Source: an uncultured virus (IMG/VR IMGVR_UViG_3300020215_000002)
Taxonomy: Duplodnaviria; Heunggongvirae; Uroviricota; Caudoviricetes
Length of the DNA stretch: 64,000 nucleotides
IMG/VR virus record: IMGVR_UViG_3300020215_000002
Strand: one strand, 5' to 3'
Both the position numbers and the translations under genes were made by a program. The notes under the pieces were generated by a model, which was given only the letters and a program-made list of their open reading frames with translations, searched no databases and was not told where the DNA came from. Shown here one piece after another: positions 29,423 through 39,188 of the stretch (position 1 is its first letter; the number at the start of each line of letters is the position of its first letter).

Positions 29423-29431
29423 GGGGACACG

Positions 29432-29807
29432 GATGGGGCATCAAGACTTCGGCCGGAGCCCGAACTACGGCCGCGTCAAGCCCGCCGTCCTGGCCGCCCT
29501 CAAGGCCCGCGGGCCGATGACCGTCGCCGACTTGATGGCCGCCGTCGGCCACGGGCGGAACGGCGTCTGGCAGGCCCTCCGGGGCGAACTGCTGATGGGC
29601 CGGGTGTGGCGGCGGGGGTGGGTGCGGGTGAACGGCCGCCGCCGGGCCGTGTACGACCTGTGCGACTTGGCGAGCCTAGTCGAAGCGTGGGAAGAGAAGA
29701 CGGCTGCGGCCGAGCGGCTGCGGGCGGAGGCGGAGGCCGCCGCGAATGAAGCCGCCTTGGCCCTGGCGGCGTGCCGGGCGTGGGCGGCGGAGCACACGAC
29801 GGCGTGA
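29432..29807 (+). CDS. Winged-helix DNA-binding protein
   Basis: VLAALKARGPMTVADLMAAVGHGRNGVWQAL. Confidence 0.6.
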
Positions 29808-29818
29808 GGGGGGTGGGC

Positions 29819-30241
29819 ATGACGGCATCGAAGCGGAGCGACTTCCACCGCCTGTGGGATGGGGTCGTTGAGAAGCCGGAGGACGCGGCCCGGTTGCTGA
29901 TCCTCGCGGACTGGCTGGATGATCGGGGGCGGGACCCGGACCTGAGTGCCGGCCTCCGCTGGTGTGCCAAGCACCGCAAGTGGCCGGGGCCGTACCCGGT
30001 TGATCGGCTTGGCCCGCGAGACGACCGCCGACGGGTGCACTGGGACTGGGAGGTGGGGCACAGGTTCCTGAACCCCCCGGCCCACCTGCTGCCGACCAGC
30101 CTATGGCAAAAGCTAATGTCCGGCACCGCCGTGCGGTGGGACAGCCGTGCCCATATGTGGGTCAACTACAACGTCGCCGCCAACGAGGCCACCCTCGTCC
30201 GGCGGCTGGGCCGGGCGCTGAAAGCCCTGGACATGGCGTGA
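29819..30241 (+). CDS. TIGR02996-like domain protein
   Basis: GVVEKPEDAARLLILADWLDDRG. Confidence 0.75.
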   Translation: MTASKRSDFHRLWDGVVEKPEDAARLLILADWLDDRGRDPDLSAGLRWCAKHRKWPGPYPVDRLGPRDDRRRVHWDWEVGHRFLNPPAHLLPTSLWQKLMSGTAVRWDSRAHMWVNYNVAANEATLVRRLGRALKALDMA

Positions 30242-30261
30242 CACACCGAGGGGGCCTAGCG

Positions 30262-30618
30262 ATGCGGACCTGTCTCTTGCTCGCCGTCCTGCTGCCCACG
30301 CCCACCGCGGCCGAGCTGAACGTGACGGCGAGGTTGGAGGATTTGCGGGTGAGCGACCGCAAGGTGTACCTGAGCCGCGAGTTCGACGGCGACCCGAAGA
30401 CGGGGAAGCCGGTCAGCATCGGGGCCTACCTGCCGGCCGCCGACGCGGGGCAGCTCATCGAGTGGGAGTTAGTGTTTGAGAGTGCAGAGATTCTGCGGCA
30501 AGCCGTGGACATCTGCCGGTACAAGCCGTCGGGCACCAAGATCCTTGTTCGTGCCCGCGAGGTCCAGACCCTCCGGGGCCGCGCACTGCTGGTGGAGTCG
30601 ATCCGGAGCAACTGGTAG
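30262..30618 (+). CDS. Putative secreted protein
   Basis: Signal-peptide-like MRTCLLLAVLLPTPTAA. Confidence 0.55.
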   Translation: MRTCLLLAVLLPTPTAAELNVTARLEDLRVSDRKVYLSREFDGDPKTGKPVSIGAYLPAADAGQLIEWELVFESAEILRQAVDICRYKPSGTKILVRAREVQTLRGRALLVESIRSNW

Positions 30619-30649
30619 CCCGTGGGGGGCCACAAGAGGGAGGGGTGAC

Positions 30650-31219
30650 GTGGAATCTGAACTGGATGTGCCCGACCCGCGGGCCGATCTGAAAGCCGTC
30701 CTCCGGGCGGTCGCCACCTTCCAGTCGGCCGCCCGGAACGGGACACTGGACGACCCCGACCGGCTGGAGCGGCTGAACGAGTTGGCCGCGATGGCGTCCC
30801 TCTTCTGGGACCGGCACGACTTGGACCGGGTGAAGGCCACCAACCGCGCGCGCCTCCGCCGGTCCCACCGGTGCGTCTGGTGCGGGGCGCGGGACGGGGA
30901 CAGCCGCGAACACGTCGTCCCGAAGTGCTTCAGCCGGCAGACCATCGTTTTGCGGGCCTGCGTCCCGTGCAACGCCGAACGGGGGGAAGTGGCCGGCGCC
31001 TACGCCCTCTTGTGCGACTTCCTGGACCGGGACAAGCCGTGGCACACGGACCGGCACCGCCTCCGGCGGACCGTCGAAGGGACGGACTGGGCGAAGATCC
31101 TGACGCTCCAGGAGAAGTGGGAGGGCGTTGAGGCCAAGCGGTTGGGGTTCAGCCCGACCGGCCGGCTCCCGGTCCGCGACCTGTTGGAGCAGGCGTGCGA
31201 AGTGCTGATGGTCAAGTGA
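30650..31219 (+). CDS. HNH endonuclease family protein
   Basis: CVWCG....SREHVVPK......ACVPCNAERG. Confidence 0.75.
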   Translation: MESELDVPDPRADLKAVLRAVATFQSAARNGTLDDPDRLERLNELAAMASLFWDRHDLDRVKATNRARLRRSHRCVWCGARDGDSREHVVPKCFSRQTIVLRACVPCNAERGEVAGAYALLCDFLDRDKPWHTDRHRLRRTVEGTDWAKILTLQEKWEGVEAKRLGFSPTGRLPVRDLLEQACEVLMVK

Positions 31220-31484
31220 CGGACGGCCTGACACGGCGGCCCGCGGGGGCCGGGGAGGGTACAAGTGGGGGACGAAATGGACGAGATAAAAGAGCGGATC
31301 GCCAAGCGGCTTCACGACAAGCCGGAAATTCTGGACCGGCTACGGGAGTCGCTGGAGTCGGACGACGTTGTGCCATACGGGGAGTTTGAGGAGGACGGCC
31401 CCAAAGAAAATGAGGGGCCAAGGGGACCATGAGCCATGACACCACAACGCGGGCCGCGGGGGCGGGCCCGGCGGGGGGCGTGAG

Positions 31485-31781
31485 ATGAGCGACCTGCTGC
31501 TGTCCCTGCTCGTCCAGATGCCCCTGACGCTCCCCATCGCGTGGGCGTGCGTCATCCTCATGGGCGGGCTGTCGCGGGCCATCGAGACGATCCGGCGGCT
31601 GCGGGAGCAGCACGAGCGGCTGTTCCGGGAATACGCCCGGCTGCGGGTCGCGTGCCGGGACGTGGCCAACTGGTTCGACGGGCTGCCGGTGGACGAGGTG
31701 TACGCCCGCGGGTATCTGGCGTTCGAGGACGTGCGGGAGGCGTTGAGGCGACGAACCCCATCACCCGGAGGCCGCCCGTGA
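31485..31781 (+). CDS. Membrane-anchored hypothetical protein
   Basis: N-terminal hydrophobic segment followed by a coiled coil. Confidence 0.55.
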   Translation: MSDLLLSLLVQMPLTLPIAWACVILMGGLSRAIETIRRLREQHERLFREYARLRVACRDVANWFDGLPVDEVYARGYLAFEDVREALRRRTPSPGGRP

Positions 31782-32611
31782 CGGACCAGGCCGCCCTGCT
31801 CGCCGCGATCTTGCACAAGCCAGAGGACAACGCTCCCCGGCTGGTCTACGCCGACCACCTGGACGAGCGGGGGGATCATGCCCGCGCCGAGTTCATCCGC
31901 GTCCAGATCGGACTCCACGCCGGGCCAGACGGCTACCCCCGTGAGATTGACGTGCCGGAGGCCGGCCGCCTCCGCTGGCGGGGCCGGGTGCTGTGGCTGG
32001 CCAAGCGGGAGCGGGATCTGTGGGCGGCCCACTGGCCCGTCTGGGGCCTCGAAGTCCCCGGCCCGTGGACGCCCCACGGGGTTGACGGGACGGCCGTCCT
32101 CCTGTCGGCCCCGGACAACAGCACGACGGCGCGGGTCGAATTCCGCCGGGGCTTCGTCGCCTCCATCCGCCTCGACACGGCCGCCTTCCTGGCCGCGGCG
32201 GCGGGGCTGTTTAGGGGGCAGCCGGTGACGGAGGTGCGGTTGACGGATAAGAGGCCGCGGGCCATCACGTCCTTCGACCCGGAACATCCCTTGTTTCGGT
32301 GGGACATGGATCACGATGACCCACTGTTGAGGGACGCCCCTGGCCGGGTACCGATGTGCTTGTGGAACCTGATGAGTGGCGGCGGGTCCGAGTTCGGCTA
32401 CGACTACGCGACCGAGCGAGAGGCCCTGAACGATCTGGGCCAAGCCGCAGTCGCCTACGGCCGCAGCGTGGCGGCGGGGCACAGCCACGAGGTCCAGTGC
32501 GGGGCGTGCGAGGGGAGGGGGTTCCTCTGGGAGTCGATGGCGCACAAGTTCCGTTGCCTGGCCTGCTCCGGCTTCGGGCGGGCCCGCGCCGCCGGGCTCC
32601 CGCCGCTGTGA
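31778..32611 (+). CDS. TIGR02996-domain protein with C-terminal Zn finger
   Basis: DQAALLAAILHKPEDNAPRLVYADHLDERGDHARAEFIRVQI; FRRGFV; CGACEGRG and CLACSGFG. Confidence 0.9.
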   Translation: MTDQAALLAAILHKPEDNAPRLVYADHLDERGDHARAEFIRVQIGLHAGPDGYPREIDVPEAGRLRWRGRVLWLAKRERDLWAAHWPVWGLEVPGPWTPHGVDGTAVLLSAPDNSTTARVEFRRGFVASIRLDTAAFLAAAAGLFRGQPVTEVRLTDKRPRAITSFDPEHPLFRWDMDHDDPLLRDAPGRVPMCLWNLMSGGGSEFGYDYATEREALNDLGQAAVAYGRSVAAGHSHEVQCGACEGRGFLWESMAHKFRCLACSGFGRARAAGLPPL

Positions 32612-32620
32612 GGGCCGACG

Positions 32621-32650
32621 AAAAAAGCCCACGGTTGTCCGTGGGCTTCT
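32621..32650. terminator. Intrinsic terminator at the early/late convergence point
   Basis: AAAAAAGCCCACGG TTGT CCGTGGGCTTCT; U-tract on the minus strand. Confidence 0.85.
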
Positions 32651-32687
32651 CGGCCGCGACCCGGGGCGGGCGATCCCGCCCGGCCGT

Positions 32688-33323
32688 TTACCGGCGCAGG
32701 AACCGCAGGCCGGCGCCCGTCAGGGCGGCCGTGCCGACGTTGCCGCGGGAAGCCCCGCCGATGATGGCACCCTCGACGCCGCCCTGGAGCAGGTCCTCGA
32801 ACCCGTTGCCGCCCTGCTGTCGGCCGAACCCGCTGCCCTGGTTGCCCCCCTGGAGGAAGCCCAGGCCGGCCCCGACGAGCGCACCAGTCTCCGGACGCCC
32901 GCCGCTGATCGTACTCGTGATCGCCCCGCTGATGGCCCCCCGAACGGCCCCGCCGATCCGGTTGCCGAACCCGCCACCCCCGCCGTTGCCGCCCCCGTCG
33001 TTGAACCCCTGCCGGCCCCGGCTGAGCCGGGCGAAGTCCCGCTGCCGCTGGATCTCGATCAGTTCCAGGTCCCGGCGGCTCAGCCCGCCCCCGCCGTACC
33101 CGTTGCCGTTGAACTGGGCGCCCCGGCTGTACACGTCGAGCCGCTGGAAGCGGAACGCCTGCCCGCCGTGGTACCCGGTGTTCAGGTTCAGATTCTGGCT
33201 GTAGCCATACCCGGTGTTGAGTTGGGCCGCCCCGCCACACCGGCGGCAATCCCCCGCCTTACTCGCCTGGGTCACCAGCAGGGCGAACAGGGTGGCCGCG
33301 AACCCGATCAGAATGCTTCGCAT
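32688..33323 (-). CDS. Secreted Gly-rich protein with glycine-zipper-like motifs
   Basis: Signal peptide, CRRC, two GAxxGAxxG/GALVGAGL segments. Confidence 0.75.
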   Translation of the reverse strand: MRSILIGFAATLFALLVTQASKAGDCRRCGGAAQLNTGYGYSQNLNLNTGYHGGQAFRFQRLDVYSRGAQFNGNGYGGGGLSRRDLELIEIQRQRDFARLSRGRQGFNDGGGNGGGGGFGNRIGGAVRGAISGAITSTISGGRPETGALVGAGLGFLQGGNQGSGFGRQQGGNGFEDLLQGGVEGAIIGGASRGNVGTAALTGAGLRFLRR

Positions 33324-33388
33324 GGACGATGTCTCCCGAGTGTGAATCCTCTATCGGGGGAACGCGGGGTGCGTCCCACCCTTGCACG

Positions 33389-34084
33389 TCACTTCTTGTC
33401 CGCCGCTTTCTCGGCTTCGATGGCGAACTCGTTCGCGGCGTTGTAGAACTGGTCTGCGACCGGCTCCCCGTTCCGGGGCATGAACAACTTCCGCACCTCG
33501 GGGTTGGGGTGGTCCGGCCGGGCCCCCAGGCGGGCGAAGATCTCCAGCCGCTTCTCGCGGCTCAGCTTGGTCACGTCCGACAGGTCGAACTTGGCGCCCT
33601 TGCCGTGACAGTTCAGGCACGACTCGTTGGCCATCTGCTGCACCTTGGCCGCTGCCGACTTGTTCCCCGTCTTCGGGGCGGCCACGAGCGGGGCCGCGGG
33701 CGGAATGGCCGGGTGCCCGTCGTTCGGGGCCGGCCCGAGGGCGGCCCGGTTCTGGGCCAGGGCCGCGATCAGGTTCGCCACCGCCTTCTCCGCGGCCTTG
33801 TCGGCGGCCTCCTGGGCGATTTCCTTGTTCACCCGCAGGTAGGCCAGCTCCGGGGCCACGCTGTAGAACTGCGACGCGTGGTGGTTGAACGCGAACGGGA
33901 TCGCGTAGGGCTTCAGGACCACGTCGGCGTGATGCCCGTAGCTCGGGGCGTGATATACCGGCGGGGTATATACCTGATGGGCATATACCGGTGCGGTGTA
34001 CCCGACGCGGCGGCAGGAGTCGGCCAGGGCCGGGCCCGGCAGGGCGATCAGGACGGACAGGGAGACGGCCAGAATCTTGCGCAT
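33389..34084 (-). CDS. Secreted c-type cytochrome-like protein
   Basis: Signal peptide; SCLNCHG; distal FMP as a possible Met ligand. Confidence 0.7.
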   Translation of the reverse strand: MRKILAVSLSVLIALPGPALADSCRRVGYTAPVYAHQVYTPPVYHAPSYGHHADVVLKPYAIPFAFNHHASQFYSVAPELAYLRVNKEIAQEAADKAAEKAVANLIAALAQNRAALGPAPNDGHPAIPPAAPLVAAPKTGNKSAAAKVQQMANESCLNCHGKGAKFDLSDVTKLSREKRLEIFARLGARPDHPNPEVRKLFMPRNGEPVADQFYNAANEFAIEAEKAADKK

Positions 34085-34104
34085 GGGCTCTCTCGCTCAG
34101 TGAC

Positions 34105-35991
34105 TCACTTCTTCGCCTTGGCTTCCGCCTGGCGGACCAACTCCGGGAAGAACAGGGCGAACAGCGGGTCCGGGCTCTCGGCGTCCCGGAGGGCCGCGAT
34201 GATGAACGTCAGGCGTTGTTTCAATTCGTCATCGAAGACCGTCCTCGACACCCCGGCGTCCAGGAACAGGTCCGCCGCGTCCCCGCTCGGGTCGAACAGG
34301 CACGCGATGAGAACCACGAGCCGGGGGTAACCCAACTCTGCCGCGGCTTGGTCGAGGGTCAACGGCGCGTCGTACCAATCGCGGAAACTCACCGTGGCCC
34401 GCGCCCACTCCTCCCCCGTCCACCCGTTTGGAAACGCTGCCGAGACGGTCGCCCGGCTCAGCCCCCGGCGGTAGGCGATCCGCCCGACCTCCAACTTCCA
34501 CTCCCAGTCGTGGAAAAACGTGCGGACCGTCTTCTGGTTCTCCTTCCCGCGGACGAACAGCTCAATGCCCTTGGTCAGCCGCTCGCCGACCTTGCGGTTG
34601 CTCGGGGCCAGAATCCCGTCCTGGGGGGCGTGGCAGATCACGCAGGAAAACTGCGTCTTGACCACCACGTCCTTGTCCCGGTCCAGGGAGTTGTGAACCA
34701 GTCTTGCGTCCCCGAACTCCACCCGCTTCCGCCCGTCCCCGGCCGGGCCGGTGAGCAGGGCCGCTTGGAACCCGTTGGGCAGCGTCGTCAGGTGTTCGCC
34801 CGCGTCCTCCTGGAGCTGGCCCAGGGCCGCTTCGAGCGGGAAGGCCGACGGGTTCTTCTTGAGGCTGGTCCGCAGGAAGTCCTGCGTACTCATCCCGAAC
34901 CCGCCGTTGGCGAACTGCCCGTCGGCGAACCGGATGACGCGGTCCTGATAACTGACGTAGCTGCCCCGTTTGGGGTCGCTCTTACTCCCCGCTACCACCT
35001 CGCCGTTGTTGACAAAGACCTTCTGCTGCTTGAGGTAATCCGCGTTCGCCTTCGTCCCCCACCGCTCCTCGTACTGGTCCAGGTTGGCCGGGAAGTCCTT
35101 GACCACTTTGGCCTTGACCACGTTGCCCTGGCCCAAGATTTCAAGGGCCGCGGGCGGTTTCAGGACGGCCGACTTCTTGATCTCCTTCCACCGCTCTAGC
35201 GCCTGCTCGTAGGCATCCATCTCGGCCCGGGGAATATGCGTGAACGCGCCGGGCGGATAGTACAACCCGTCCGCCGGCCACACCCCGCCCGCCCACGGCT
35301 TGCCCTTCGGCCGCTCCGGCTCTGGCGGAATGACGGCCGGGGCGACCACCACCGGGTTCGCCACAGTGCCGGCATCAGCGCCGAACCGCTCCACCGAGTA
35401 CAGGAGGTCGTAGTAGTCGGCCCGCTGCGTCCCCTCGGCGTCCATCACCCCGCGCAAAAACCAGTGCATCGGCACCACGGCCTCCGCGTGGAACGTCTCG
35501 GGGTCCTGCTTGATCCCGATGAGCTGGCGGACCTGCTCGGCGAGCGCACTGTCCACATGCGGCTCGCGGAACACGAAGTCCCGGCGGGCCACGGCCGAGA
35601 ACCCCTCAATCGTCCACCGGGGGTCGCGCAGGTCGATGGCCCACAGGAGGCCGTTGGACCCTTTCACCTCGACGGGGAACACAATGTCCGGGTCGCTGTT
35701 CACCGTCTGCAGGTAGGCCCGCCAGTTCGTCCAGTCCTCCGCGAACCGCTTGGCCGGGGTGGCGCCCGCCCAGAAGAACCGGGTGAAAGGGCGGTCCTCG
35801 CGGAGGACCCGGACGGTCAGGTGCTCGATAATCAGCCGCAGGGCCACGTCGGGATGCGTCGGGGTGGCCGCGATCAGTGGGGCCGCTTTCGCCCCCCGTA
35901 GCGGTTTGGCTTCGCCGGGGGACACCGCCGGGTCGGCGTAAGCCCCCGCCGCCCACGCCAGACCAACCACAGCGGCCACCGCAGCACGCAC
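34105..35991 (-). CDS. Large secreted protein with a CxxCH heme motif
   Basis: Signal peptide; EHLTTLPNGFQAALL..FSCVICHAP. Confidence 0.75.
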   Translation of the reverse strand: MRAAVAAVVGLAWAAGAYADPAVSPGEAKPLRGAKAAPLIAATPTHPDVALRLIIEHLTVRVLREDRPFTRFFWAGATPAKRFAEDWTNWRAYLQTVNSDPDIVFPVEVKGSNGLLWAIDLRDPRWTIEGFSAVARRDFVFREPHVDSALAEQVRQLIGIKQDPETFHAEAVVPMHWFLRGVMDAEGTQRADYYDLLYSVERFGADAGTVANPVVVAPAVIPPEPERPKGKPWAGGVWPADGLYYPPGAFTHIPRAEMDAYEQALERWKEIKKSAVLKPPAALEILGQGNVVKAKVVKDFPANLDQYEERWGTKANADYLKQQKVFVNNGEVVAGSKSDPKRGSYVSYQDRVIRFADGQFANGGFGMSTQDFLRTSLKKNPSAFPLEAALGQLQEDAGEHLTTLPNGFQAALLTGPAGDGRKRVEFGDARLVHNSLDRDKDVVVKTQFSCVICHAPQDGILAPSNRKVGERLTKGIELFVRGKENQKTVRTFFHDWEWKLEVGRIAYRRGLSRATVSAAFPNGWTGEEWARATVSFRDWYDAPLTLDQAAAELGYPRLVVLIACLFDPSGDAADLFLDAGVSRTVFDDELKQRLTFIIAALRDAESPDPLFALFFPELVRQAEAKAKK

Positions 35992-36001
35992 GAGGCTCCC
36001 C

Positions 36002-36325
36002 TCAGTCGTCTTTGGGCAAGGGCGATTTCGTGAAGTCGAGCCGCACGTCGAGTACCCGCAGCCGCCAGCCGGCTTCGGTCGCGACCAGCAGGCCGCCGAC
36101 GAAAATCGGGCGGTGCCGGAGGTTCCACAGCAGGCCCGCCAGGTCGTCGCGTTCTTGCAGGTCGAGCCCCAGCGTCACCTTCCCCGCCTGCACCCGATAA
36201 CTCTCGCCGTCGATGACGCGGCGGTCTTCCTTTTCTTCGATGTCGGCGGTGATGCGGCCCTCGATGCCCACGGGGAGGCCGGCAAAGGCGAACAGGCCGA
36301 ACAGGGTGAAGAACGCGGCCAGCAT
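36002..36325 (-). CDS. Membrane-anchored small OB-fold-like protein
   Basis: N-terminal hydrophobic segment. Confidence 0.5.
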   Translation of the reverse strand: MLAAFFTLFGLFAFAGLPVGIEGRITADIEEKEDRRVIDGESYRVQAGKVTLGLDLQERDDLAGLLWNLRHRPIFVGGLLVATEAGWRLRVLDVRLDFTKSPLPKDD

Positions 36326-36613
36326 CACAGCCTCCCCCAGCACAGCCCGCACACGACCCCCAGGAGGAAGGCCACGGCGAGCGAGCCCCAGACCTCGACT
36401 TGGCGCATCAGCCCAGCCCTGTCCGATCAGTCGGACTTGATGGGTGATCCTGCGTCGTCCCCTCGCGGACACCCCCGTGGACGCCCACCACCTGCCCGCC
36501 GGACGGGCGGCACGCCGGGCACTGCCAGCCGGGCTTGCCCGTCAGCAGCCAGCCGAGCCGCACGAGCTGCTTACGCCCCGAGGTGGGGATGTCGGTGTCG
36601 CAGGTGATGCACG

Positions 36614-37651
36614 TCACGCGGCGGCCTCCGGCGGGGCGGCAAGGGCCTCGGAGATCCGCCGTCTCGCAATCTCGACGTACTCCGGCTCCCGCTCGATCCC
36701 GACAAACCCGAACCCCTCCAGCGCCGCGGCCTTCCCGGTCGAACCCGACCCGGCGAACGGGTCCAGGACCACGCCACCCGCTGGCGTGATGAGCCGGCAG
36801 AGGTAGCGCATGAGGGCCGTTGACTTCACCGTCGGGTGGTCGTTGCCCTCCCCCCGGTCGGCCTTGCTCGCCTTGGGGCAGTAGAAGAAGCGGGCAGCGG
36901 TGCCGGAGCCGCCGTAGCCCACACAATCGCGAGGGGTGGCCAGCGAGCCGTCATCGGCGCAGTTCATCGCTACCCGATTTTTTTGCCCACCATTGTCTCG
37001 CCAGGATTCCGGGCTCCCTTTCCGCTCCCCGAACTCCGCGAACGCCTCCAGCACTTCCGGCGACCCGTCGTGGGTGACGTTGGCGGGCCAGCGGCCGGCA
37101 GCCTCTCCGGGGCGCTCGGCCTGGAATGTCTCGGGCCTGCGGCGATCCACCCACCGGTCGCCATCCAAGGTTCCGGTTTCGGAGGCGTTGGCGTACTGGC
37201 GGCGATTGCCGCTTGGGTTCTCTTCCGTTGGCACCCGGCACGCATCCACGTTCAGCGGCGGAACCCCCTTGCTCGGATTCCGGGCCAGCCACCAGTCCTC
37301 GCGGGCCGGCTTCAACTTCGATTTCCCCTTGGGGAACCCCGTCCCGAACAGGTGGGCCACCACGTCTTCGATCACCCACCCCGCGTCTTCCACGGCCGTT
37401 CCCGTCCAATGGGACGTGCGGGGGATGCTCCAGCACAGTAGCCGCGCCCCCGGCTTGGCGACCCGCCGACACTCGGCCAGAACTTCGGCCAGCCATCCGA
37501 CCCACGCGGCCCGGCCGCCCCGGTCGCCGTCCCACTCGCGGCCCATGAACGCGATGCCCGCGGGCGGGTCGGTAACCACGGCGTCGAACGTCGCCGCGGG
37601 CATCCCCCGCAGCACGTCGAGACAGTCGCCTTGGATGACCTCCCCTTTCAC
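36614..37651 (-). CDS. N4/N6 DNA methyltransferase
   Basis: GDCLDVL, VTDPPAG (atypical DPPA), GRWPAN, HPTVKS, VLDPFAGSGSTG. Confidence 0.88.
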   Translation of the reverse strand: MKGEVIQGDCLDVLRGMPAATFDAVVTDPPAGIAFMGREWDGDRGGRAAWVGWLAEVLAECRRVAKPGARLLCWSIPRTSHWTGTAVEDAGWVIEDVVAHLFGTGFPKGKSKLKPAREDWWLARNPSKGVPPLNVDACRVPTEENPSGNRRQYANASETGTLDGDRWVDRRRPETFQAERPGEAAGRWPANVTHDGSPEVLEAFAEFGERKGSPESWRDNGGQKNRVAMNCADDGSLATPRDCVGYGGSGTAARFFYCPKASKADRGEGNDHPTVKSTALMRYLCRLITPAGGVVLDPFAGSGSTGKAAALEGFGFVGIEREPEYVEIARRRISEALAAPPEAAA

Positions 37652-37914
37652 GCCGTCCTCCCCCGCCCGACCAGCTGAATCCGGTGCTTCGTCAGCCGCT
37701 TGGCCCACACCGTCTCACCCACGAAGATCGTGTCGCGGTCCTCGCGGAGTTCCGTGCCGACGGCCGCTTCCAGGAACCGCGGGGGATCTACCACGGTCAC
37801 CTCCCGCTGGCCCGGCCCGACGAGCCCGTCCCTGGTCCGACGCGCCCCGAGCACCAACGTGGCGTTCCCGTCGTCGTCCTTTCGCACCCGGAGGATCACG
37901 GCGTCGATGGCCAC
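37648..37914 (-). CDS. Hypothetical protein
   Basis: Coupled ORF. Confidence 0.55.
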   Translation of the reverse strand: MAIDAVILRVRKDDDGNATLVLGARRTRDGLVGPGQREVTVVDPPRFLEAAVGTELREDRDTIFVGETVWAKRLTKHRIQLVGRGRTA

Positions 37915-37925
37915 GCGAACGCCCC

Positions 37926-39179
37926 CTACTTCTTCCGGCCCGCCTCGACCATCGCCCGGACCGCCTCGACCAACTTGGCCTCGCTCGGCGTGAGCTCCAT
38001 CGTCACGCGGTCCTTGGGCGGCGGGGGCGGCTGGGGCGCCTCGGGCAGGAGGATAGCCAGCAACCTGGCCGGCTGGATCAGGCCGTGGCCGGTGCCGGCG
38101 TCGTGGCCCGCCGGGTCGATGTCCTTCGAGTGCTTGGCGAGCAGGACGAGCAGGTCGCCCTGCGAGGGGATCGGCTTGTTCGCCTTCTTCAAGGCCCCGC
38201 GGACGATGGCGAGCGAGCCCGCGACGTAAGGGGTCGCCATGCTGGTCCCGCTTAGCGTCCCGTACTTGCCCCCCGGCAGCGTGCTCAGAATGCTCGATCC
38301 CGGAGCCGCCACGTCGTTCTCCGGGTTGATCGTGCTGAACCCGGCCCGCTTGGCGTTCCGGTCCACGGCCGCGACCGCGACGGACGACGGGAAGTGCCCC
38401 GGAAAATTATCCGCCGCCCGGCCGTCGTTCCCGGCCGCCGCCACGACCCACACGCCCTTGCTGATCGCGTACTCGATGGCCGCTCGCGTGTACGGGTCGG
38501 GGGAGGAGCCGCCGAGGCTCAGGTTGATAACATCGGCGCCCTTGTCCGCCGCGTCCTTGATGCCCTGGGCGATGCGGAACGAGGACCCCGACCCGGTGTC
38601 CCCGAGGACCTTCATCGGCAGGATCTTTGCGCCCGGAGCCGCCCCAATGAGGCTCCCGCCCGCGGCGGCAATGCCGGCGACGTGCGTCCCGTGGCCTTGG
38701 TAATCCTTGTACCCCGTCCCGCTCCCGCTATGGTCCTTGGCCCCGTCGGCGATGCGGCCGGCCAGGTCGGGGTGGTCCGTGTCCACCCCCGTGTCGCAGA
38801 TCGCGATGGTGGTCCCGCTGCCGTCGTAGCCCTGCGCGTGAAGCGCTTGCAGGCCCAGCAGTTCGTGGCCCCAGTCCCGCGACGGCGCCAACTGGTCCGC
38901 CCGGATGGTCAGTTCCGGTTCGGCCTCGCCCGGCAGCAGACCGACCACGGGCCCCTCGTCCAGCGGGACGACGTCGGCCGGGGCCTCGAACGGGACCGGG
39001 GGCGGCTCGCCGGGCAGGTCCCAATACTTCCACAGGGCCCCCACGCCGGCCGTCAGGAGGGCCGCCAGGAGCAGCCACAGCCACGCCCGGTACTTGGCCG
39101 GGATGTACCGCAGCCAGGCCGGGGTGTCGCCCTCCGGCGGGGGCGTGACGGGCGGGGTCTGGGGCGTCTCGTCGCTCAT
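37926..39179 (-). CDS. Membrane-anchored S8 (subtilisin) serine protease
   Basis: TM segment; triad motifs ICDTGVD, GHGTHVAG, SGTSMATP; oxyanion AAAGN. Confidence 0.95.
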   Translation of the reverse strand: MSDETPQTPPVTPPPEGDTPAWLRYIPAKYRAWLWLLLAALLTAGVGALWKYWDLPGEPPPVPFEAPADVVPLDEGPVVGLLPGEAEPELTIRADQLAPSRDWGHELLGLQALHAQGYDGSGTTIAICDTGVDTDHPDLAGRIADGAKDHSGSGTGYKDYQGHGTHVAGIAAAGGSLIGAAPGAKILPMKVLGDTGSGSSFRIAQGIKDAADKGADVINLSLGGSSPDPYTRAAIEYAISKGVWVVAAAGNDGRAADNFPGHFPSSVAVAAVDRNAKRAGFSTINPENDVAAPGSSILSTLPGGKYGTLSGTSMATPYVAGSLAIVRGALKKANKPIPSQGDLLVLLAKHSKDIDPAGHDAGTGHGLIQPARLLAILLPEAPQPPPPPKDRVTMELTPSEAKLVEAVRAMVEAGRKK

Positions 39180-39188
39180 CGGACAACC

